Source: Nitrosopumilus maritimus SCM1
GTDB lineage: Archaea > Thermoproteota > Nitrososphaeria > Nitrososphaerales > Nitrosopumilaceae
Reading direction: 5' to 3'
Length of the DNA stretch: 32,000 nt
Assembly (NCBI RefSeq): GCF_000018465.1
Contig: NC_010085.1
Span: 1,320,001 to 1,352,000 of the forward strand
The notes under the pieces are model-generated. The model saw only the letters and a list, made by a program, of their open reading frames with translations. It ran no database searches and had not been told where the DNA came from. Shown here one piece after another: positions 25,206-32,000 of this stretch. A program made the position numbers and the translations under genes. Within the stretch, counting starts at the first letter, position 1. Every line of letters starts with the position of its first letter.

Positions 25206-27521
25206 TCACTCAAGATTGTGCATTGATTGCAAATCTTTCTTAAACTCTGACAAACTTTCAGGAACTTCAACTGCAATAGAGTCCTTTAATGACAATTCTT
25301 TTGCCTTTTTCTCATTCCATACTTTAGAGTTAAACTGTACAACTTCTTCAGTGGTTTTGGAATAATCTTCTACCTTTTCAGATTCAGCTTGTCTTTCAGT
25401 ATGAATACTAGTCTCAGAGTATAGTGTCTGCCACAAATGCTCTGTGATAAATGGTGTAATTGGTGCCAATAATTTCAAGACTGTGGAGAGTACTTTGTGT
25501 AGTGTGTAAATGGCTGCATCTCGTTCCTCTTCAGAAAATCCTTCTCCGTAGGCTCGTTTTTTGACCATTTCGATGTAATGAGCTGCAAACAAATTCCAAG
25601 TAAATTCCCTGATTGCAATTGCTGGAACAAAGAAGTTGTATTCATCATATCCTTTCTTGCAATCTTTAATCAAATTGTTCAATTCAGACAAAATCCACTT
25701 GTCAACGGTAGTTGGTTTTCCTTCTTTGATTACAGGAAAGCTTGACAAGAATCTTGAGACATTCCATAGTTTGCTCAAGAATTTCTTTGTAGACTCTATC
25801 TTTTGCTCATTGCATCTAAAGTCATAACCATGATTAATCTCACTTGCACTCCAGAATCGAAATGTGTCAGCTCCAAATTTCTCTATTACTGGTAATGGAT
25901 CAATTGCATTTCCTTTACTTTTACTCATCTTCATTCCTTTCTCATCTAAACCATAACCCATAATCCAAGCTTCAGTCCATGGTTTTTTACCAGTTAACAT
26001 ATCACAACGCAAAAGTGTGTAATACAACCAAGTCCTTACAATATCTTTTGCTTGAGGTCTAAGTGATGTTGGATAAGTTTTCTCAAAGAATTCTGAATCC
26101 TTATCATACTTTGTAACAAACAATGGCGATACACTAGAATCCATCCATGTATCAAATGTTCTATCCTCCCCAGTAAATTCACCATTACCGCACTTTGTAC
26201 ACTTTTCAATTGGACACTTCTCCTTCCATGGTTGATAGTACTTTCCTGGTTCAGGGACGTGCGGTTCATTACAACTAGAACAATACCAAATTGGAATCTC
26301 TGTTCCATAGTATCTTCGTCTTGAGATTGGCCAGTCAATGGATATGGAATCAAGCCAATTCATCAAAATCTGCTTGTGCATAGAGGGGTAAAACGTGATT
26401 TCTGAGCCTAATTTTCGCATTTTTTCAATGGAATCTTTCTGTTTGAGATAGTACTCCTCCATGGGTATAATCTCAATTGGAATCTTACTTCGCTCTGAAA
26501 TTGGTGTTCTATGATTAATCTCTTCGATTTTTTCTACAAATCCTTTTGATTCTAAATCTGCAATAATTTTTTCTCTAGCTTGTTTTGGTTTGAGTCCTGC
26601 ATATTCTCCTGCAGCTTCAGTCATCCTTCCATCCAAACCAATTGCAACAATCTCTTCTAGTCCCATCTCTCTAAACAATGCAACGTCATTTTGATCACCA
26701 TAACTACAAACCATTACAGCTCCTGAACCAAAGTCTTGCTGAGCTGAATGGTGAGTCTTGATTTCAACTTCCGCCCCTGTAATTGGTACAACTACTTTAC
26801 TTCCAACAAATGGAGCATATCTTTCATCTTCAGGGTTTACAATAATGGTACGACATGCACATAGTAGTTCTGGTCTTGTACTTGCAATGATGATTTCCTT
26901 ATCCATATCTTTAATCTTGAATTTCATGTGAACTAGCTTTGTCATCAAATCTTGGTATGCAATTTCAGCATCAGCAATTGTAGTGCCAGATACCCAATCA
27001 TAGTTGTTAGGTCGAGTAGCTAGAACAATCTTTCCTTCTTTCCATAGTTTGATGAATGTTGATTGTGTTAATGCACGATATTCTTCTGAATCTGTTCTGT
27101 AATGATTCTTCAAGTCACCACTCAAACCAAGGTTTGTCATAATCAACACCATCTCTTCTTCCAAGTCATCTAGTGCTTCTCGGCACAAATCCAAGAATTC
27201 TCCTCTGTCAGTTTCCCTCATTCTGATGTTGTGTTTTTTCTCAGTGTAGAACTCTACAGGCAAACCATTTCTGTCAATTCCAATTGGAAAGTAGACGTTC
27301 TTGCCATTCATGCGAGCAGTTCTTGCAATCATGTCTATCTGAGAATAGTGAGCAGCAGCTCCAATGTGCCATGGCCTGCCTGATGGGTATGGTGGAGGCG
27401 TATCTATGGTGTAATTATCATCAGTTGGAGTGAATTTGTAAAGGTCTGAATCCTGCCATTTCTTTAAGACCTGTGCCTCTAACTCTGGATTCCAAGCTTT
27501 CTCTGTAATTTTTGGGTCCAT
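25206..27521 (-). CDS. valS: Valyl-tRNA synthetase
   Basis: 771 aa; class I HIGH-like (PSGRPWHIGAAAHYS), KMSKSKGN, Zn-binding CSSC...CTKC insert, FGADTFRFWSASEINHGYDFRCNEQKIES. Confidence 0.85.
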   Translation of the reverse strand: MDPKITEKAWNPELEAQVLKKWQDSDLYKFTPTDDNYTIDTPPPYPSGRPWHIGAAAHYSQIDMIARTARMNGKNVYFPIGIDRNGLPVEFYTEKKHNIRMRETDRGEFLDLCREALDDLEEEMVLIMTNLGLSGDLKNHYRTDSEEYRALTQSTFIKLWKEGKIVLATRPNNYDWVSGTTIADAEIAYQDLMTKLVHMKFKIKDMDKEIIIASTRPELLCACRTIIVNPEDERYAPFVGSKVVVPITGAEVEIKTHHSAQQDFGSGAVMVCSYGDQNDVALFREMGLEEIVAIGLDGRMTEAAGEYAGLKPKQAREKIIADLESKGFVEKIEEINHRTPISERSKIPIEIIPMEEYYLKQKDSIEKMRKLGSEITFYPSMHKQILMNWLDSISIDWPISRRRYYGTEIPIWYCSSCNEPHVPEPGKYYQPWKEKCPIEKCTKCGNGEFTGEDRTFDTWMDSSVSPLFVTKYDKDSEFFEKTYPTSLRPQAKDIVRTWLYYTLLRCDMLTGKKPWTEAWIMGYGLDEKGMKMSKSKGNAIDPLPVIEKFGADTFRFWSASEINHGYDFRCNEQKIESTKKFLSKLWNVSRFLSSFPVIKEGKPTTVDKWILSELNNLIKDCKKGYDEYNFFVPAIAIREFTWNLFAAHYIEMVKKRAYGEGFSEEERDAAIYTLHKVLSTVLKLLAPITPFITEHLWQTLYSETSIHTERQAESEKVEDYSKTTEEVVQFNSKVWNEKKAKELSLKDSIAVEVPESLSEFKKDLQSMHNLE

Positions 27522-27535
27522 TTTTAATTTTGAAA

Positions 27536-28153
27536 TTATTGTTTTGTTTCTTTAACTAGATTTACAAAATATTTGTGAACTGCTAAATCATCAGTTAGTT
27601 CTGGATGGAAAGATGTTCCAATGATGTTTCCTTTCTTGATTGCAACAATTTTCTCATTTAGTTTTGCTAAAACTTCAATGTCATCTGATGTGGATGAGAT
27701 AGCTGGAGCTCGAATGAATACTCCATTATAGTTTGAGATTCCAATTGAGTCCATAGAGACATTTGCCTCAAATGATTCACGTTGTCTACCAAAGGAATTT
27801 CTTTCAAGTTCGATATCTAGAAAATCAAATAGCGGTTGCTCTGTTTTTCCAACAACTCTATCAGTTGCATTGCTTGCAAGTAGCACCATTCCAGCACAGA
27901 TTCCTAGTACTGGCATTCCAGATTCTACCTTTTGCTTGATTACTTTTTGAGAGCCATTAACCAAAGACAATTGTCCAATGGTAGTGCTCTCACCGCCAGG
28001 AATGACCAATCCATCCATTGCAGAAATCTCCTCAGGAGTCTTTACAACATGAACAGTTGCATCCTGATTCAAATCAGCAATTGATGCTACCAATGATGAA
28101 ACATTTTCTGCAACATCACCCTGAATGGCTAAAATTCCAATCTTTGCGCTCAT
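27536..28153 (-). CDS. pdxT: Pyridoxal 5'-phosphate synthase glutaminase subunit PdxT
   Basis: [14 protein letters not shown]; [11 protein letters not shown]; [13 protein letters not shown]; GTSFHPELT. Confidence 0.95.
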   Translation of the reverse strand: MSAKIGILAIQGDVAENVSSLVASIADLNQDATVHVVKTPEEISAMDGLVIPGGESTTIGQLSLVNGSQKVIKQKVESGMPVLGICAGMVLLASNATDRVVGKTEQPLFDFLDIELERNSFGRQRESFEANVSMDSIGISNYNGVFIRAPAISSTSDDIEVLAKLNEKIVAIKKGNIIGTSFHPELTDDLAVHKYFVNLVKETKQ

Positions 28154-29118
28154 GCGGAACCGCCTCTATCTTGCATACGTAACTCTAGAGTTTTAACATC
28201 TAATCCTAACATTGATTGTCGCTCATCAATCATCTTTTGAGCTTCTTTGACCTTGTCTGCCTCATTCCAAAATGTTGTAGCTAAAACAATTGCTCTTGCA
28301 CGCTCTGCTGCATCATCAGCTGCAAAAATTCCAGAACCAACAAAGATTCCATCACATCCTAATGACATCAGATATGCTGCATCAGCTGGTGTTGCAATTC
28401 CACCTGCTGCAAAATTAACAACAGGCAATCTTCCTAGTTTTGCAGTTTGCTCTACAATATCATAAGATACTTTGAATTCTCTTGCCATTCTAACTAGATC
28501 TTGATTGTCCCCTGAATCATACATTGACTTTATTGTTCTTAATTCATCATTTACTTTTTTGATATGAGTGATGGCTTCAGCAACATTGCCAGTTCCTGGT
28601 TCTCCTTTTGTTCTAATCATTGCAGCTCCTTCTTCAATTCTTCTCAAAGCTTCAGCCAATGATCTAGCACCATTAACAACAGGTGTTGTCATGTCCCATT
28701 TCCAAATGTGACGTAGCTCATCAGCTGGAGTCAACACTTCAGATTCATCAATCATGTCAACATCAGTCTCTTGTAACACAAGAGCTTCATTGACATGACC
28801 AATTCTACATTTTGCCATTACAGGAATTGTAACTGAATCCATAATCTCTTCAATAATTCTAATACTTGCAGTTCTTGCAACACCACCTGCCTTTCGAACG
28901 TCTGATGGAAGTTTGTCCAATACCATAACAGAGACTGCGCCTGCTTCTTCAGCAATCTTGGCTTGCTCTACATTTGTGACATCCATTACAACTCCATTTT
29001 TTAGCATGTGGGCAAATCCACGTTTCAGAGTTGAAGAGCCACGAATAACATCGCCAGAGTCTAATTTTTCAGAAATTATTCCCTTTGCGTCTTTACGTTC
29101 CCCAGATAATGGAAGCAT
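28150..29118 (-). CDS. pdxS: Pyridoxal 5'-phosphate synthase lyase subunit PdxS
   Basis: [32 protein letters not shown]; [32 protein letters not shown]; 4-nt overlap with pdxT. Confidence 0.97.
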   Translation of the reverse strand: MLPLSGERKDAKGIISEKLDSGDVIRGSSTLKRGFAHMLKNGVVMDVTNVEQAKIAEEAGAVSVMVLDKLPSDVRKAGGVARTASIRIIEEIMDSVTIPVMAKCRIGHVNEALVLQETDVDMIDESEVLTPADELRHIWKWDMTTPVVNGARSLAEALRRIEEGAAMIRTKGEPGTGNVAEAITHIKKVNDELRTIKSMYDSGDNQDLVRMAREFKVSYDIVEQTAKLGRLPVVNFAAGGIATPADAAYLMSLGCDGIFVGSGIFAADDAAERARAIVLATTFWNEADKVKEAQKMIDERQSMLGLDVKTLELRMQDRGGSA

Positions 29119-29148
29119 ACAATAATTTTCGCTACAGGCTATTTGTAC

Positions 29149-29682
29149 CTATTCACGAATGTCGGAAATTATCGCGTCTAGTTCAGTTTCAACCATGGTA
29201 ATGATTGGAGGAATAAAACCACTAGTTGCATTTTGTTCTGGCCAATGAATCTCCTGGTTGCGACCATTCAAAGTAATTTTCACGTTGGATTTTTGAAATT
29301 CTTTTACATCCTCTAAAATTGGAAAAGAGTCAACTGGAATCTCCATAAAGCCAGTTTCCTTTATCAATGCTTTAATCTTGTTTAGTTTCTTTTCATCTAA
29401 CTGCGACCGAATGTCTGGTTGAAGATATCCCAGCTCAGTTACTGAATACTTTAGCTCACCGTCATTTTTGATAAGCAAAATCTCTGTCTTTTCTGCACCA
29501 GTACGTTCAGTTACTCCATATTCAACTGTCCTTAGCTGGTGTTTTGTGTATTCAATGTCTAGTTTATCAAAAGAGTTTGCAGCTGAAATTGGAATTTCAT
29601 TTTTTGTTAGTAGTGGAACTGAAATCAACAAAGCAATTACAACAGGAATTGCTCCTAGTGCAAGCATCGCTTTTCTTACCAT
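29149..29682 (-). CDS. Hypothetical membrane-anchored protein
   Basis: 177 aa; N-terminal hydrophobic MLALGAIPVVIALLISVPLL. Confidence 0.6.
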   Translation of the reverse strand: MVRKAMLALGAIPVVIALLISVPLLTKNEIPISAANSFDKLDIEYTKHQLRTVEYGVTERTGAEKTEILLIKNDGELKYSVTELGYLQPDIRSQLDEKKLNKIKALIKETGFMEIPVDSFPILEDVKEFQKSNVKITLNGRNQEIHWPEQNATSGFIPPIITMVETELDAIISDIRE

Positions 29683-29773
29683 AACTTTCTCAACTGTTCA
29701 GAATTGATGATTATTGCAAATAAATCTTGGTTAAAAGTAACTTAAAATTCAAGTCCATTTCATTCTTGTTTGT

Positions 29774-29927
29774 GGGGTCGTAGCCTAGCCTGGTAGGGCG
29801 ACAGTGTCTACGAAAAAGATCACCGCTAAGGGCTCCAGAGGTAAACTAAGCTAAACTGACTCACGGATGATGTAAGTTTGGAGCTGTAGTGACCCGTAGG
29901 TCGTCGGTTCGATTCCGATCGGCCCCA
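29774..29927 (+). tRNA. tRNA-Trp(CCA) interrupted by two introns (29803..29829 and about 29839..29891)
   Basis: Acceptor GGGGTCG/CGGCCCC; D arm GCCTAGCCTGGTAGGGC; T arm GTCGGTTCGATTCCGAT. Removing 27 + 53 nt restores anticodon arm ACGGG-CTCCAGA-CCCGT and a 74-nt tRNA. Confidence 0.85.
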
Positions 29928-29951
29928 CGTCCTAAAAATTATACTTGTAAA

Positions 29952-30800
29952 TTATTTCAAAAATGCAATTGCTTTTACAATGTCAGTCTTGCTCAAGATT
30001 CCAACAATGTTTCCATGCTGAGACAAGACACCTACGCCGTTGATATTTTTCTCTAAGAGAAGATTACCCGTATTTGCCAAATCATCATCATAGTTTACAG
30101 AAACAATGTCTTTGCTCATGATATCTTCAACATTTACACTTGCACCAAATCCAGATTCAGAGATGAAGCCCTTTCTTGGGAAGATTACAGAGATTACAGG
30201 ATCTGTATTATCAAGCACATCCTCAAAGTTTCCTTGTTTTAGTGCCAGTGCAAACAAGTCTCGAAATGTAATGATACCTACTGGAACATCTTTACGGTTA
30301 CGAATGATGATTCGAGATATTTTTTCATCTATCATCTTTAGAACGATTTTGTATAATGGAGTGTCAGAATATTGCCATGCATAGTATGGAGACATGTATT
30401 CTCCAACCAGTTTTTCGTCTGGATGCATCTTTGTAAAATATCTAACTAGATCAGTCTTTGTAATGATTCCAACAACCTCGTCATTAGATGTGATTACAAG
30501 TGAACCGATTGATTTTGTAAGCATAATTTCAGCGCATTCAATCATGCTGGTATGCTCATCAACTGAAATTATTTTTTGAACAATTGTAGATAATGGAATA
30601 TCACTTAGGTTTCTCTCAGTATCATCAGTAAGAAGAAAGATTCCCAAGTCCTTTTCAGTCACAATTCCTGTAACTTTGTCATTTTCAGTGACTAGAATTC
30701 TGCTCTTTTTCTCATCAAGGATCTTCTTTAGTGCATCAGCCAGAGTGGATTCAAGTTTCATGGTTCTTGGAGCGTGTTTATAGTCTGATGCGTGTTTCAT
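29952..30800 (-). CDS. Protein with four CBS domains (two Bateman modules)
   Basis: 282 aa; repeated ILVTENDKVTGIVTEKDLG, LVITSNDEVVGIITKTDLVRYF, IIRNRKDVPVGIITFRDLF, NGVGVLSQHGNIVGILSKTDIV. Confidence 0.92.
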   Translation of the reverse strand: MKHASDYKHAPRTMKLESTLADALKKILDEKKSRILVTENDKVTGIVTEKDLGIFLLTDDTERNLSDIPLSTIVQKIISVDEHTSMIECAEIMLTKSIGSLVITSNDEVVGIITKTDLVRYFTKMHPDEKLVGEYMSPYYAWQYSDTPLYKIVLKMIDEKISRIIIRNRKDVPVGIITFRDLFALALKQGNFEDVLDNTDPVISVIFPRKGFISESGFGASVNVEDIMSKDIVSVNYDDDLANTGNLLLEKNINGVGVLSQHGNIVGILSKTDIVKAIAFLK

Positions 30801-30891
30801 ATCACAAGCAAATCGAGTATAGTATTTTATGATATTTCATATTGTCAACATTGAAAATAACTAGTGTTTATTGAAAAATGAGATTTTGAAA

Positions 30892-32000
30892 TTATTTATT
30901 TCTCAAAACGTTTAGTGCAGAACCAGCTTTGAACCATTCGATTTGTGATTTATTGTAAGAGTGATTCAACATGATTTCTTCCTTGTTTCCATCTGCATGT
31001 GTAATGATACACTTTACCTGTTGCCCAGGTTGCAGATTATTCAAATCAACTAGACTGATCTTGTCATCTTCCAAGATTTTCTCATAATCATCAGGATTTG
31101 TAAATGTCAATGCCAACAATCCTTGTTTCTTTAGATTAGTCTCATGAATTCTTGCAAGACTCTTTGTAATTACTGCAGCACACCCTAGATATCTTGGAGT
31201 CATTGCAGCATGTTCTCTGCTGCTTCCCTCACCATAGTTGTTATCGCCGATGATTACCCAACGCATCTGTTTTTCTTTGTACTGTCTTGCAATCTGGGAA
31301 AATGATTCCAGTTCACCATTTAGAACATTCTTGCCCTTTCCAACCTCATCATTGTATGCGTTAACTGCACCAAGCAACATGTTGTCACTGAGATTATCCA
31401 AGTGACCACGCAAAGACAACCATGCACCAGCTGGTGAGATATGATCAGTTGTACACTTGCCTTTAGCTTTGACCATGATTGGAACCTCTTCAAAGTCTTT
31501 TCCATCCCATACTGGGAATGGTTCTAGTCTTTGGAGTCGTTTACTGTTAGGATCAATGATTACTTCAACATCATCAGAGTTTTCTGGTGGTGCAACAAAG
31601 ATTCCTTCAGGTCTCATGAATCCTTCTTCAGGAACTTCAGGAGCAGGTTTTGGAGGCTCTAGTTTGAACTTTGTTCCATCAGCTGCAGTCAATTCATCAA
31701 CTAGTGGATTGAATGATAATCTTCCACCTAATGATAATGCAATAATCATTTCAGGACTGCCAATGAAATTCAATGTGCTTCTGTGTCCGTCGTTTCTTCC
31801 AGGGAAGTTTCGATTAAAGGTTGTAACTATAGTGTTTTGCTCATCCTTGTCTAATTCAGGTCTGTTCCACTGACCAATGCAAGGACCACATGCATTTGCA
31901 AGAACAGTTGCACCAATGTCTTTGAGTGAATCCATCTGTCCATCGCGTTCAATTGTTCCACGAATTTGTTCTGAACCCGGAGTAACCAGTAGTGGAATCT
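30892..32000 (-). CDS. acn: Aconitate hydratase, C-terminal part; N-terminus truncated at right window edge
   Basis: ANACGPCIGQW, SFNRNFPGRNDG-like NRNFPGRND, KCTTDHISPAGAWL, GDNNYGEGSSREHAAMTPRYLG. The frame stays open past 31935 to the edge (IPLLVTPGSEQIRGTIERDGQ). Confidence 0.92.
   Translation of the reverse strand, partial: IPLLVTPGSEQIRGTIERDGQMDSLKDIGATVLANACGPCIGQWNRPELDKDEQNTIVTTFNRNFPGRNDGHRSTLNFIGSPEMIIALSLGGRLSFNPLVDELTAADGTKFKLEPPKPAPEVPEEGFMRPEGIFVAPPENSDDVEVIIDPNSKRLQRLEPFPVWDGKDFEEVPIMVKAKGKCTTDHISPAGAWLSLRGHLDNLSDNMLLGAVNAYNDEVGKGKNVLNGELESFSQIARQYKEKQMRWVIIGDNNYGEGSSREHAAMTPRYLGCAAVITKSLARIHETNLKKQGLLALTFTNPDDYEKILEDDKISLVDLNNLQPGQQVKCIITHADGNKEEIMLNHSYNKSQIEWFKAGSALNVLRNK

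Noticed and set aside
29798-29902. Initial reading of the tRNA locus as a type II tRNA (Leu/Ser) with variable arm GACC-CGTA-GGTC and stem ACAGT/GCTGT
   Set aside because: This model gives an anticodon loop with no sensible anticodon. The two-intron tRNA-Trp model restores a 5-bp anticodon stem, standard 5-nt variable loop and a BHB at intron 1.
31457-31873. 138-aa plus-strand ORF
   Set aside because: Antisense shadow of the conserved aconitase CDS.
1-32000. CRISPR array, transposase/integrase, rRNA genes
   Set aside because: No regularly spaced direct repeats, no transposase or recombinase motifs and no rRNA sequence seen on either strand.

Overview
This 32 kb window looks like chromosome from a Nitrosopumilus-like ammonia-oxidising archaeon (Thaumarchaeota). 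That assignment rests on AT-richness, uS11, RtcB, PurB, PdxS/PdxT, archaeal-type ValRS, aconitase and secreted 'WIKNNxxWW' repeat proteins. Conserved housekeeping blocks lie at about 1-16.5 kb and 25.2-32 kb. Between the pterin-synthase-like gene (ends 16520) and valS (starts 25206) is an accessory block with a defence-island character. It holds: (1) a NACHT/STAND NTPase whose 3' end overlaps a downstream cytidine-deaminase-like gene by 13 nt; (2) a solitary cytosine-C5 DNA methyltransferase; and (3) a tightly packed, divergent three-gene operon. That operon encodes a phosphoribosyltransferase-like protein, a 660-aa P-loop ATPase and a 309-aa protein with CARF-like 'DITG' and 'GTKPMSLG' motifs. 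The three-gene operon and the NACHT-deaminase pair are the best candidates for poorly described systems. Outside the island, an apparent tRNA-Trp(CCA) gene is interrupted by two introns. A recurrent GATTTGAATCCCATAAGGTTTGAACC-type element sits about 45 bp upstream of several minus-strand genes. Two small unlisted ORFs encode a ribbon-helix-helix-like protein and an AbrB/MazE-like protein. All family calls come from reading motifs by eye; no database search was run.
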